Source: an uncultured Chloroflexia bacterium (lineage in GTDB: Bacteria; Chloroflexota; Limnocylindria; Limnocylindrales; CSP1-4). From it: DNA of 64,000 nucleotides. The stretch is from NCBI GenBank assembly GCA_963813335.1, contig CAWEYL010000003.1:1-64000 (forward strand). Reading direction: 5' to 3'. Positions 1 to 9,801 of this stretch are shown piece by piece. Under the pieces are notes generated by a model. It was given only the letters and a program-made list of their open reading frames with translations, was not told the DNA's origin and ran no database searches. Each line of letters starts with the position of its first letter. The stretch's first letter is position 1. Both the position numbers and the translations under genes were made by a program.

Positions 1-506
1 CCGAGGAACGCCGCCACTCGGTCCAGCGCGTCGTCGAGGACCGGCTTGAGCCCGTGCCCCAGGCGCGGGTAGGTCACGAGCTCGGCATCGCGCAGGAGCG
101 GGACCTTGGCCCGCAGCAGGTCGATCCTGGCGAACGGGTCGCTCTCGCCTGACAGGAGCAGCACCGGACAGGCGATCGACGGCCAGTGGGCGATCCGGGC
201 GTCGGTGCGCTCGGGTGCGCCCGGCGGGTGGAGCGGGTAGCTGAACAGGACCAGGGCCGCGTAGGGCGAGTCCGGCTCCGCCGCGGCCAGGCTCGCGACG
301 CGGCCGCCATAGGAGTGGCCGCCGACCACGACATCGGCCGCCGACGGCACCACGAGATGGAACGCGGGCACAGCGTCCTCGGCCTTGCGCTTCGGGAGGT
401 CGATGGCCGTGGCGTCCAGACCGCGCCGTCGCAGGCCGTCGACGAATGGCGCCATGCTCGCGGCCGTGCCGCTCGCGCCATGCCCCAGGAAGATGCGCGG
501 ACCCAT
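1..506 (-). CDS. alpha/beta hydrolase (KANL3/Tex30-like), 3' end runs off the window
   Basis: Manual translation (not in the ORF track): MGPRIFLGHGASG...VGGHSYGGRVAS (nucleophile elbow GxSxG)...FSYPLHPPG...SGESDPF...GHGL; ATG at 506 with TACGCT 6 nt upstream. Confidence 0.85.
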   Translation of the reverse strand, partial: MGPRIFLGHGASGTAASMAPFVDGLRRRGLDATAIDLPKRKAEDAVPAFHLVVPSAADVVVGGHSYGGRVASLAAAEPDSPYAALVLFSYPLHPPGAPERTDARIAHWPSIACPVLLLSGESDPFARIDLLRAKVPLLRDAELVTYPRLGHGLKPVLDDALDRVAAFL

Positions 507-618
507 CGCGGAAGCGTAGCCTTGGTGGGCCGTTCGGGTGGCAAGGTCATGGTCCGGTCGGGTCATGGCTGGTCCCCGGGGCGGTGGTCATCCTCGGGTC
601 GTGCCACTCGAAGGAGCC

Positions 619-1986
619 ATGCCGATCGCCGCTGCCCGCCACCGCGTCCGCCGGACCCTCGCGCTGCCGCTCGTCCTGATGCTCGCGGGCATGGGCTCGG
701 CGGTCCCCGGGGCGGCGCTGGCCGCCGCGCCGGTGCCACCGGCGTCGGTCGCCCCCGTCATCCCGCCCGGCGCGACCGTCCTGGGCGACACGGTCACCTT
801 CGCCGGCCGCGGCTACGGCCACGGCGTCGGCATGTCGCAGTACGGCGCGCGGGGCCGCGCGCTCGACGGGCAGGACGCAGCGACGATCCTCGCCCACTAT
901 TACGCGGGGACGACCCTCTCGCCGTTGCCGGCCAGCCGGATCCGCGTTCTCGTGCTGTCGTCGTTCGCCGCCACCAGCGCCAAGCCGCTCGTCGTCTTTG
1001 GCCGGGCGACCCCGTGGACCATCGACGGCGTCAGCGGCACGTTCCCACCGGACGCGAAGCTCCGCCTGATCCCCACCACGACGGTCACGGCCGGTGTCGG
1101 GCGCACGTCCTGGCGCATCCGGGTCGATTCGCTGAAGGGCGCCCTCCTCCTGAACGTTCGCGCGCGGGGCGAGGTGGTCGTCCGTGCCGGCGGCGCCCAC
1201 GGCCGGCTGCAGCTCTGGTCGAAGCCCGGGACCTACGACACCTATCGCGGCGTCCTGCGGCTCCGCCCGGCGACCACCAGGTCGGTGGTCAGCGTCGTCA
1301 ACGACGTCACCCTCGAGCTCTACCTGCGCGGCGTCGTCCCGGCCGAGATGCCCGTCTCCTGGCCCGCGGCCGCGCTCCAGGCGCAGGCGGTGGCCGCCCG
1401 CTCCTATGCGGCCCGACGACTACGGCCCGGGGTCTCGTACTACGACATCGTCGACGACAGCCGCGCCCAGGTGTACCGCGGGTCGCTGGGCGAGAAGTCG
1501 GCGTCGAGCGCCGCGGTGGTGGCCACGACCGGGCTCGTGCTCAAGAGCGGCTCGGCGATCGCCAACACCCTCTACCACTCGACCGGCGGCGGCGCGACCG
1601 AGGACAACGAGAACGTCTTCACGTCGGCCACGGGCGCGCAGGTGGCCGGGCCGGTCAGCTATCTCCGCGGCTCCATGGACCGGCGCGAGGACGGCACGGC
1701 CTACGACGACGCCGCGCCGTACGCGACGTGGTCGATGGCGACCTACACGCGGGCGCAGCTCGCAGGCTGGTTCGCCGCCGACGCGCGGACCGATGTCGGC
1801 GACCTGGTTGCGCTCGACCTGACCGATCGCGGCGTCTCCGGCCGGCTGGTGAGCGTCACGCTCATCGGCTCGGACGGGACGAGGACCGTCTCGGGCGAGG
1901 TCTTCCGCACGATCCTGAACGCGGCGCGACCGCCGGCCGATCCGATGCTCCGGAGCACGCTCTTCGACACGGCGCCCATCCCGTAG
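619..1986 (+). CDS. SpoIID/LytB domain protein (secreted peptidoglycan lytic transglycosylase-like)
   Basis: GYGHGVGMSQYGA, ILAHYY, YLRGVVPAEMP, ALQAQAVAARSYA, QVYRG motifs; signal peptide; AAGGAG RBS before ATG 619. Confidence 0.9.
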   Translation: MPIAAARHRVRRTLALPLVLMLAGMGSAVPGAALAAAPVPPASVAPVIPPGATVLGDTVTFAGRGYGHGVGMSQYGARGRALDGQDAATILAHYYAGTTLSPLPASRIRVLVLSSFAATSAKPLVVFGRATPWTIDGVSGTFPPDAKLRLIPTTTVTAGVGRTSWRIRVDSLKGALLLNVRARGEVVVRAGGAHGRLQLWSKPGTYDTYRGVLRLRPATTRSVVSVVNDVTLELYLRGVVPAEMPVSWPAAALQAQAVAARSYAARRLRPGVSYYDIVDDSRAQVYRGSLGEKSASSAAVVATTGLVLKSGSAIANTLYHSTGGGATEDNENVFTSATGAQVAGPVSYLRGSMDRREDGTAYDDAAPYATWSMATYTRAQLAGWFAADARTDVGDLVALDLTDRGVSGRLVSVTLIGSDGTRTVSGEVFRTILNAARPPADPMLRSTLFDTAPIP

Positions 1987-2003
1987 CGGCTATCCTCGCG
2001 GGC

Positions 2004-2594
2004 ATGCCCGACGAGCGAGCGCGGTGCGCCTGGGCCGGCGCGGACGGCCCGAACCCCGACCTGCTGATGGTCGAGTACCACGACCTCGAATGGGGCACGC
2101 CCGTCGACGACGACCTCGAGCTCTTCGAGCGACTCGCCCTCGAGTCGTTCCAGGCGGGGCTCTCATGGTCGACGATCCTGCGCAAGCGCGAGTCGTTCCG
2201 GGCGGCGTTCCGCGGCTTCGACCCGCGGGTCGTGGCCGCCTTCGACGACGGCGACCGGGCACGGCTCATGGCCGACGCCGGGATCGTCCGCAACCGCGCC
2301 AAGATCGACGCGACGATCGGCAATGCTGCCGCGTTCCTCGCGGTCGGCGGCGAGGCCGGCTCGTTCGGCGCGTACCTGGCGACGATCGTGCCGTCGCCGC
2401 CCGCCCGACTCGGACCGGACGCCGGGCCGGGGAACGTGCCGGCCACGACCCCGGTCTCCGATGCGCTGTCGACGGACCTCAAGCGGCGCGGGTTCCGGTT
2501 CGTCGGCTCGACGATCGTCTACGCGTTCATGCAGAGCGTCGGGCTCGTCGACGACCACGTCGCGGGCTGTTTCCGGTACCGCGGACCGTCGTGA
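2004..2594 (+). CDS. tag: DNA-3-methyladenine glycosylase I
   Basis: RCAW...YHDLEWG...LFERLALESFQAGLSWSTIL, GIVRNRAKI, GFRFVGSTIVYAFMQSVG..DDH...C. Confidence 0.95.
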   Translation: MPDERARCAWAGADGPNPDLLMVEYHDLEWGTPVDDDLELFERLALESFQAGLSWSTILRKRESFRAAFRGFDPRVVAAFDDGDRARLMADAGIVRNRAKIDATIGNAAAFLAVGGEAGSFGAYLATIVPSPPARLGPDAGPGNVPATTPVSDALSTDLKRRGFRFVGSTIVYAFMQSVGLVDDHVAGCFRYRGPS

Positions 2595-2658
2595 CAGGGT
2601 AGGTGTCACAGGGGTGGCGGAAGGTTCGGCCATCGAACCCGCGCTGGAGACCCACCTG

Positions 2659-2796
2659 ATGCTCACCACCGACTGCCCCTGGTGCGACGGCCCGATGGCC
2701 GTCGACGCGACCTCGGCGGAGGTCGTCTGCGACGCATGCGACGTGCACGAGTCGATCGCCCCGGACGTCGCCGCACCGCTCGCCGAGGCGGCCTGA
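2659..2796 (+). CDS. 45-aa zinc-ribbon microprotein
   Basis: GGAGA RBS; MLTTDCPWCDG...VVCDACDV with two CxxC pairs; GC3-rich codons. Confidence 0.65.
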   Translation: MLTTDCPWCDGPMAVDATSAEVVCDACDVHESIAPDVAAPLAEAA

Positions 2797-2805
2797 CCCC
2801 TCGCG

Positions 2806-4050
2806 CTAGGCCAGGCGTCGCGACGGCGCGAGTGTCGCGCGCCGGAGCGCGCCGACCGGCGCGAACACGAGGCAGGTCAGCAGGATCGCGATGCCCATCA
2901 GGGCGATCGTGATCGAGCCGCTGGTGAGGTCGATCAGCGCCCCGCCGATGAGCAGGCCCACGGGCTGGAGACCGAGCGAGATCGTTCGGGCGGTACTGCC
3001 GATCCGGCCCAGCAGCTCGTCCGGGCTGTACGCGGCGCGCAGCGTGACGTAGGTGACGAGGACCATCGACTGGGCGAACCCGGCCATGACCGCGACGCCG
3101 ACCACCACCGGGATCGAGGCGACGACCGAGACGAGCAGCAGTGCGATCCCGAAGATCAGGTTCCCGCCGAAGAGCATGGGGGCGACCAGCCGTCGAGCGC
3201 CGCGCCGCGAGATGAACAACGCGCCGGTCACGGTCCCGACGCCATACGCCGTCAGCACGATGCCGAGGGCCGAGGCCGTGTCGCCGAGGTCGCGCGTGAT
3301 GTGGACCGCGAGGGCCGTCACGAGCGGCGCGTTGATGATCGAGGTCGCGCCCCAGAACAGGATCGCGGCCCGGAGCACCGGCTGGCCGACGATGTACTCG
3401 ATGCCTTCGCGGATCTCGGTCAGCAAGCGCTGCCGCGGCCGGTCGATCGGGGCGCGCAGCTCGCGGCGCACGAACGCCAGGCCGATGGCCGACAGCGCGA
3501 ACGAGGCGGCGTCGATGGCCAGCGTCGCCCCGGGCCCGATGGTCGTCGCGAGGAGGCCAGCGATGGCCGGTCCGACGATGTAGCCAAGCGAGTAGACGGC
3601 CTCGAAGTACGAGTTCGCGCGGGCCATCAATGGACGTCCGACCAGCCCGGGGATCGACGCGGTGTAGCCCGCCAGGAAGAACGAACGGAGCACGCTCATC
3701 GGCGCCGCCACGATCAGGATCACGGCGAGCGTCGGCCCGTGGAGGTAGACCGACAAGGGGATCAAGGCGGTCAGCACCGCCCGGCCGAGGTCGGCCAGGA
3801 ACATCATCCGCTTGCGGTCGTTGCGGTCCGCGAGCGCGCCGGCCACCATCCCGAACACGAGGTCCGGCAGTGTCTGGAGCGCCCCGACCACGCCCATCGC
3901 CAGCCCCGAGCCGGTCAGCGCGAGGACGAGCAGCGGCAGCGCGGTGAAGCTGACGGCATCCCCGAGCGACGAGATGCCCTGCGTCGAGAGGAGCACCTTG
4001 AAGTCGCGGTTGCGCGAGAGCGGTTCGAGGTTCGGGTCCCCGTCGGGCAT
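2806..4050 (-). CDS. MFS transporter (DHA3/MFS_3-like)
   Basis: About 12 hydrophobic segments; NRDF..L..QGISSLGD; motif A GALADRNDRKRMM; LLGRI. Confidence 0.92.
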   Translation of the reverse strand: MPDGDPNLEPLSRNRDFKVLLSTQGISSLGDAVSFTALPLLVLALTGSGLAMGVVGALQTLPDLVFGMVAGALADRNDRKRMMFLADLGRAVLTALIPLSVYLHGPTLAVILIVAAPMSVLRSFFLAGYTASIPGLVGRPLMARANSYFEAVYSLGYIVGPAIAGLLATTIGPGATLAIDAASFALSAIGLAFVRRELRAPIDRPRQRLLTEIREGIEYIVGQPVLRAAILFWGATSIINAPLVTALAVHITRDLGDTASALGIVLTAYGVGTVTGALFISRRGARRLVAPMLFGGNLIFGIALLLVSVVASIPVVVGVAVMAGFAQSMVLVTYVTLRAAYSPDELLGRIGSTARTISLGLQPVGLLIGGALIDLTSGSITIALMGIAILLTCLVFAPVGALRRATLAPSRRLA

Positions 4051-4115
4051 CGTTTCGATGGTAGCGGCGCGGTATCGTGGTCGGCAGCGGGGGAAGCGGA
4101 GTGGAGGAACAGCCC

Positions 4116-4787
4116 ATGAATAGCCGCGCATATCTCGCCGAGCTGGTCGGCACGTTCGTGTTCATGTCGATCGGCTATGCCTCGGTGCCGGCATTCGCGG
4201 CTGCGAGTGCGCCGACGCCGAACCTGCTGGTCGTGCCGTTCGCGTTCGGCCTCGGCCTGCTGGCCGCGATCTTCGCCTTCGGGCACATCTCGGGCGGCCA
4301 TTTCAATCCGGCCGTGACGATCGCGATGGTGCTCGACAAGCGGACCACCCCCATCGATGCCGTCGGCTACATCGCCGCGCAGGTCATCGGGGCGCTGGGT
4401 GCCGGGCTCCTGATCCTGGTCGCCCTGAACCAGGGGGCCGTGAAGGCCGGCATCACCGCACCCGGGACCGGCGTGTCCGACACGGGCGCGCTCATCCTCG
4501 AGATCGCGTTCACGGCGTTCTTCCTGGCCGTGATCCTGGCGGCGACCAAGCGGGCGCCGGCGCTCGCGGCGCTCGCCATCCCCCTCACGCTGGTGGCGAT
4601 CCACTTCGGCATCGCCAGCCTGAGCGGCTCGTCGGTCAACCCGGCCCGTTCCATCGGGTCCGCGGTGGTCGGCGGCGACCTGAGCCACCTGTGGATCTAC
4701 CTCGTCGGGCCGGTCGTGGGCGGGATCATCGGTTGGGGCGCGTGGCGCCTCATCGATGGCGGCGCGGAGGAGCCGGCCGCGGCCTGA
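4116..4787 (+). CDS. MIP family channel (aquaporin)
   Basis: AELVGTF, SGGHFNPAVT and SVNPARS (two NPA boxes); GGAGG RBS. Confidence 0.95.
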   Translation: MNSRAYLAELVGTFVFMSIGYASVPAFAAASAPTPNLLVVPFAFGLGLLAAIFAFGHISGGHFNPAVTIAMVLDKRTTPIDAVGYIAAQVIGALGAGLLILVALNQGAVKAGITAPGTGVSDTGALILEIAFTAFFLAVILAATKRAPALAALAIPLTLVAIHFGIASLSGSSVNPARSIGSAVVGGDLSHLWIYLVGPVVGGIIGWGAWRLIDGGAEEPAAA

Positions 4788-4849
4788 ACCATCGGGGGTG
4801 CCGCGGCCGGCAGCGCGGCACCCGGCCGGCGGACGTCGGCGCCCGCCGG

Positions 4850-4996
4850 TATGCACGATCTGCGCCGGGGTGCCCGTCCGCCGTGACGATGCACCTCGGC
4901 TGCATACCGGCACGTGGTGGAGCCGTCGTCCGCGCGCGATATGCATCCGAGGTGCATCACTCGCGAGAAAGCACCTCCCCGCGGAGAAGGTGCATA
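4850..4996. repeat. nested imperfect inverted repeat (palindromic intergenic element)
   Basis: GATGCACCTCGGCTGCATA (4888-4906) versus TATGCATCCGAGGTGCATC (4940-4958), 18/19 complementary; outer TATGCAC...GTGCATA arms; lies between convergent genes. Confidence 0.75.
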
Positions 4997-5064
4997 TCCG
5001 TGGACGGCGTCCCGGTGACCGAGGCGTCCGGCGACCGACGGCCTCGAGCGCGCCGTGAGCGCCG

Positions 5065-5634
5065 CTACAGGTCCTCGAGGCTGAACCGTCGGGCGTTGCC
5101 CATCTGACCCCACACCCGCGCCTGCGTCACCGCGAGCATCTGCCGGATGTGGTTCCGGTCGTGGTGGACCCATTCGCCGAGGAGCTCGTCCACCCGGAGG
5201 AGCCCGACTTCGGGGTGCATGCCCTGCCGGGCCAGGTCGGCGGGCCCGAGCCCGCGGACGAGCTCGATGCCGTCCGCGCGCAGGGCCGCGAACTCCGCGG
5301 CGAGCTCGCCGGCGTCGCGCAGGTCGTCGCGTCGGGCCTCGGCGACGGCCGGCGGGTCCCAGTCTTCGAGGTCGGGCGGGATGGCCGGCACGCTGCCACC
5401 GGGGCCGCCGACGAGGATCGTCCGGATCCGTCCCGCGAACCCGCGGCGCTCGGCCTCGATCAGGTGGCCGACGCATTCGTTGGCGCTCCACTCCCCCGGC
5501 TCCGGCCGCCAGCCGCCGACGGCGCCGAGCGCGGTCAGCTCGGCCACCACGGTCTCGGCGCTCGCGGCGAGCAGGTCGGCGACGGTCGCCGGCTCGAGTG
5601 CGGCGATGGCCGGGCTCGCCCGGTCGTCGGTCAT
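5065..5634 (-). CDS. DinB family protein
   Basis: WRPEPGEWSANECVGHL...GMHPEVG...WVHHDRNHIRQM (His triad). Confidence 0.88.
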   Translation of the reverse strand: MTDDRASPAIAALEPATVADLLAASAETVVAELTALGAVGGWRPEPGEWSANECVGHLIEAERRGFAGRIRTILVGGPGGSVPAIPPDLEDWDPPAVAEARRDDLRDAGELAAEFAALRADGIELVRGLGPADLARQGMHPEVGLLRVDELLGEWVHHDRNHIRQMLAVTQARVWGQMGNARRFSLEDL

Positions 5635-6772
5635 GCTGCGGGTCCATCGATGGCGGCCGTTTCCGGCGACGGGCGGCGACGTCCGGCGGCGGCGCGGCGA
5701 TGTGCGGCACGACCGGCGTTCCCGGCATGACCGGCAGCGACCGGCCGCCCTCGGCCAGCCAGCACGCTGCGGACTGGCCGCCGCCCACGTCGAACAACGG
5801 CGGCTCCTCGGTCGTGCAGCGGTCGAACGCCAGCGGGCAGCGGGGATGGAAGCGACAGCCGGTCGGGATCCGGGCCGCGTCCGGCGTCTCACCGACGAGG
5901 ATCGTCCGGCGCGGGCCGCCGACCGACGGCGGGACCGGCGTGGGCGAGACCGAGACCAGTGCCGCGGTATAGGGATGGTGCGGCGCCTTGATGACCCGGT
6001 CCGCCGGCCCGATCTCCATGATCCGTCCGAGGTACATCACCGCGATCCGATCGGCGATGACCCACGCGAGCGACAGGTCGTGGGTGATGAACAGGTAGGT
6101 CAGGCCCCGCTCCTGGCGCAGGTCGAGCATCAGCCGGAGCAGCTCGGTGCGGATCGACACGTCGAGCATCGAGACCGGCTCGTCGGCGACGATGACCTCG
6201 GGGTCGAGGACCAGCGCACCGGCGATGACGACACGCTGACGCTGACCGCCCGACAGTTCGTGCGGATAGCGCGCGGCGAAGTCCGCTCCCGGCCGGAGAC
6301 CCGCGGCCTCGAGCGCTGCGATGGCCATCGCCTCGCGCTGATTACGCTCGCCGATCCTGTTCACGATCAGCGGCTCCATCACGAAGTCCAGGATCGTCTG
6401 CTTCGGGTCGAGGGTCTCGTATGGGTCCTGGAAGATCAGTTGGATGCGCTGACGCAGGGGCCGCAGCTCGCCCTGGCTCCACAGGTCCGTGACATCGGCG
6501 CCGTCGAACCGCATCCGACCACCCGTCTGGCGCGTGAGCTTGACGATGACCCGCCCGGTCGTGGTCTTCCCGCTCCCGGACTCACCGACGAGGGCAAGGA
6601 CCTCGCCCCGGGCGAGCGTGAGGTCGATGCCGTCGACGGCGCGGACGACCATGCGAGGCTGCCGCCGGATCGAATCCAGGAGCCTGCCGTGCACGGGGAA
6701 GTGGACCTCCAACCCCGACAACTCGATGAGTGGCGGGTCGCCCTTCCGGCCCGCCTCGTTCGGGGCGGTCAT
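5631..6772 (-). CDS. oligopeptide/dipeptide ABC transporter ATP-binding subunit (AppF/OppF-like); apparent 1-bp deletion near 5672
   Basis: [34 protein letters not shown]; adding one base in the G run at ~5671-5673 gives ...[13 protein letters not shown] ending in an ATGA overlap with the DinB gene. Confidence 0.9.
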
Positions 6773-7851
6773 CCGGTGACCACCGCGGGTCGGGCGGCCA
6801 TGGTCGGCTGGACCGCGTCGCCCGTCGGATACAGGTGGCAGGCGACCCGGACGCCGTCGAGCGTCACCTCAGCCGGGACGACCGTCCGGCAGATGTCCAT
6901 CGCCGATGCGCAGCGCGGCGCGAAGCGGCATCCGGGCGGTGGATCGCGCAGGTCCGGCGGCGACCCGGGGATCACCTCGAGCGAGCGACGGTCCGCGTGG
7001 ATATTCGGGAATGCCGCGAGCAACTTCTGCGTGTACGGGTGACGCGGCGAGCCGAACACCTTCCTGACCGGTCCCTCCTCCGCGACGCGGCCGGCATACA
7101 TGATCATGATCCGATCGCACGTCTCGGCGAGCACGGACAGGTCGTGGGTGATGAGGATCAGCGACAGCCCGAGCTTGTGGCGGAGACCCTCCAGGAGCTC
7201 GAGGATCTGCGCCTGGACCATCACGTCGAGCGCGGTCGTCGGCTCGTCGCCGATGACGATGGCCGGATCGCAGGCCAGGGCCATCGCGATCATCACGCGC
7301 TGGCGCATCCCGCCGGACAGCTCGTGCGGATAGGCGCCGCCGCGGCGGCGCGGGATCCCCACCAGTTCCAGGAGCTCGGCGGCACGGTCCTGCGCGGCGT
7401 CCGCGGGTGTCCCGAGGCGCTCTTCGATCGGCTCCGCGATCTGGTCGCGGATGCGCTGGACCGGGTTGAGGGCATTCATCGCGCCCTGGAAGACGATCGA
7501 GATCTCGCGCCACCGATAGCGGCGCAACGCCTCGTCGGACTTCTGGACGAGATCGATCCCCATGAACTTGACGCTGCCTTCCACGATCCGTCCGTTGGCT
7601 GGAAGGATCCGCACCAGCGACAGCGCCGTCGTCGTCTTGCCGCAGCCCGACTCCCCGGCGATCCCCAGGGCCTCGCCGTTGTCAAGCCGGAAGCTGACGC
7701 CGTCGACCGCCTTGACCGAGCCGGAGGCGAGCGAGAACTGGGTCCTCAGCCCCTCCACGACGAGGAGCGGGGCGTTCGGGTCGGCCTGCTTCGGCAGCGT
7801 TCGCGAGCGCGGCGGGACGGCAACCTGGTGCCTGGCAGCGTCGTCGATCAT
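6769..7851 (-). CDS. oligopeptide/dipeptide ABC transporter ATP-binding subunit (AppD/OppD-like)
   Basis: [37 protein letters not shown]; 4-bp overlaps on both sides. Confidence 0.93.
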   Translation of the reverse strand: MIDDAARHQVAVPPRSRTLPKQADPNAPLLVVEGLRTQFSLASGSVKAVDGVSFRLDNGEALGIAGESGCGKTTTALSLVRILPANGRIVEGSVKFMGIDLVQKSDEALRRYRWREISIVFQGAMNALNPVQRIRDQIAEPIEERLGTPADAAQDRAAELLELVGIPRRRGGAYPHELSGGMRQRVMIAMALACDPAIVIGDEPTTALDVMVQAQILELLEGLRHKLGLSLILITHDLSVLAETCDRIMIMYAGRVAEEGPVRKVFGSPRHPYTQKLLAAFPNIHADRRSLEVIPGSPPDLRDPPPGCRFAPRCASAMDICRTVVPAEVTLDGVRVACHLYPTGDAVQPTMAARPAVVTG

Positions 7852-8789
7852 CGTCGTGCCCGCCCCTTCGGATTCAGCAGGTCGTCGAGCGCACCGCCGA
7901 TCAGCGTGAAGGCGAGGACCACCAGGACGATGCAGACGCCCGGCGAGACGTACCACCACCAGGCGCCGAGGCCCGGCGCCCCGGCGTCCTGCGAGGCGCC
8001 CAGGATCTGGCCCCACGACGGGGCGAACGGGTCGCCGAGACCGATGAAGGCGAGGGTCGTCTCGGTCAGGATCGCCCCGGCGAAGATCAGCACCGCGTTC
8101 GCGACGATCAGGCCGGTGACATTGGGCAGGATGTGCACGCGCATCATCCGCCAGCGCCCCGAGCCGATGACCCGCGCCCGGTCGACGAAGGGACGTTCCT
8201 TGACCGAGAGCGTCTGCGACCGGATGATCCTCGCCGTCGTCGCCCAGCTCGTGATCCCGATGACGATGACGATGACGAACAGCGTCGTGCGGATGCCGAG
8301 GATCTCGCCGGTGCCGATGATGTCGAGGACGATCGGCGCGATGATCAATGCGAGGACGAAGGTCGGCAGCACGAGGAAGAAGTCGGTGACGCGCATGATC
8401 GCCGTGTCGGTCCGGCCCCCGACGAACCCCGACACGATGCCGAGCACCACGCCGATGAAGAGCGTCACCATGGTGGCCAGGAACCCGATGAGCATCGAGA
8501 TCCTCGCGCCGTGGACGGTCAGGTTGAGGACGTCACGACCGAGGTTGTCCGTCCCGAGCAGGTGAGCAAGGGACGGTGGCTCGAGGCGTTCGCCGCTCGC
8601 GTTGGTGACCGTCTCCAGCGGGCCGACGAGCAGGGACGGAACGAGCGCCAGGACGACGAAGAACCCGATGATGACCACGCCGGCCAAACCTTCGGGGCGG
8701 CGGACGAGACGGCCCAGGAAGTCCCACATCGAACCGAGCCGAAGCATCCATCGGCCCCGGGGGCGCACGCTCGCGGGCGCGGCGGTCAT
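7848..8789 (-). CDS. peptide ABC transporter permease (OppC/DppC-like)
   Basis: HLLGTDNLGRD, ARIIRSQTLS, FVDRARVIG (EAA loop), HILPN, SWGQIL. Confidence 0.93.
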   Translation of the reverse strand: MTAAPASVRPRGRWMLRLGSMWDFLGRLVRRPEGLAGVVIIGFFVVLALVPSLLVGPLETVTNASGERLEPPSLAHLLGTDNLGRDVLNLTVHGARISMLIGFLATMVTLFIGVVLGIVSGFVGGRTDTAIMRVTDFFLVLPTFVLALIIAPIVLDIIGTGEILGIRTTLFVIVIVIGITSWATTARIIRSQTLSVKERPFVDRARVIGSGRWRMMRVHILPNVTGLIVANAVLIFAGAILTETTLAFIGLGDPFAPSWGQILGASQDAGAPGLGAWWWYVSPGVCIVLVVLAFTLIGGALDDLLNPKGRARR

Positions 8790-9757
8790 GACCGGACTCT
8801 CGGGTCGAGGCGGGCGTAGACGAGGTCGGCGCCGAAGTTCGCTGCGACGACCGTCACCGCGAGGAGCAGGAAGATCGCCTGGAGGACCGGATAGTCGCGA
8901 GCCTCGAGGGCTTCCTGGGTCAAGGTCCCGAGACCCGGCCAGCTGAAGACGACCTCCACCGTGATGGCGCCGGCGATGATGAAGCCGAGGTTGATCCCGA
9001 TGAGCGAAACGGTCGGGAGCAGCGCATTGGGTACGGCGTGGTTGCGCAGGACGCGTGCGTCGCTGATGCCCTTGGCCTTCGCTGTGGTGACGTAGTCCTC
9101 GTTCCGCGTCTCGATGACCGATGAACGCATGAGGATCGAATACTGGCCGATGAGCCCGAGGCTGACCGCGGCGAGCGGCAGGACCAGGTGGTGTCCGAAA
9201 TCCAGGAGCTGGTCGACGAACGACGAGTAGGTCTCACCGAGCGTGAACATGCCCGACGTCGGGAACCATCCGAGGGCCGTCGCGAAGACGACCAGGAGGA
9301 TCATCCCCAGCAGGAAATACGGCATCGAATACAGGGTGAGCGAGAGGCCGTTGCCCGCGTAGTCGACCAGGCCGCCGCGTTTCCAGCCGCTGTACGCGCC
9401 AAGGATGAGGCCGACGACGATGGCGATGAGCTCGCCCAGGCCGAACAGGATGAGCGTCGGCCAGACCCGGTTCGCGATGACGTCGGTGACGTCCTGGCCC
9501 TTGTATTTGAAGGACTGCCCGAAGTCACCGCTGAGCGTGCTCGAGAGATAGCGGACGAACTGGTTCGGGATCAGGGGCTCGTCCAGGCCCCATCGGGCAC
9601 GCAGCTCCGCGCGAGCGGCGGCCGACGCATTCGGGTTGTGCGAAAGCCGTTCCGGGGATCCGGGCATCGCGCGGAACAGGATGAAGTTCAGGACGACGAT
9701 CCCGGCGATCGTCAGGATCGCCTGGACGAACCGGCGCGCCAGGTAGCGTGACCCCAT
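8786..9757 (-). CDS. peptide ABC transporter permease (OppB/DppB-like)
   Basis: GDFGQSF, DYVTTAKAKG, HAVPNALLP, EVVFSWPGLG, RDYPVLQ. Confidence 0.93.
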   Translation of the reverse strand: MGSRYLARRFVQAILTIAGIVVLNFILFRAMPGSPERLSHNPNASAAARAELRARWGLDEPLIPNQFVRYLSSTLSGDFGQSFKYKGQDVTDVIANRVWPTLILFGLGELIAIVVGLILGAYSGWKRGGLVDYAGNGLSLTLYSMPYFLLGMILLVVFATALGWFPTSGMFTLGETYSSFVDQLLDFGHHLVLPLAAVSLGLIGQYSILMRSSVIETRNEDYVTTAKAKGISDARVLRNHAVPNALLPTVSLIGINLGFIIAGAITVEVVFSWPGLGTLTQEALEARDYPVLQAIFLLLAVTVVAANFGADLVYARLDPRVRS

Positions 9758-9801
9758 CCTGGGCGATCCGCGTCAGCGCCGATCCCGGCGCTGCTCCACG
9801 C

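Noticed and set aside
619-1986. Evidence of sporulation from SpoIID
   Set aside because: SpoIID/LytB domains are widespread in non-sporulating bacteria and no other spo genes are present.
4697-6772. 691-aa ABC ATPase with long C-terminal extension in the ORF track
   Set aside because: Artefact of the missing base at ~5672; the extension is off-frame read-through across the DinB gene.
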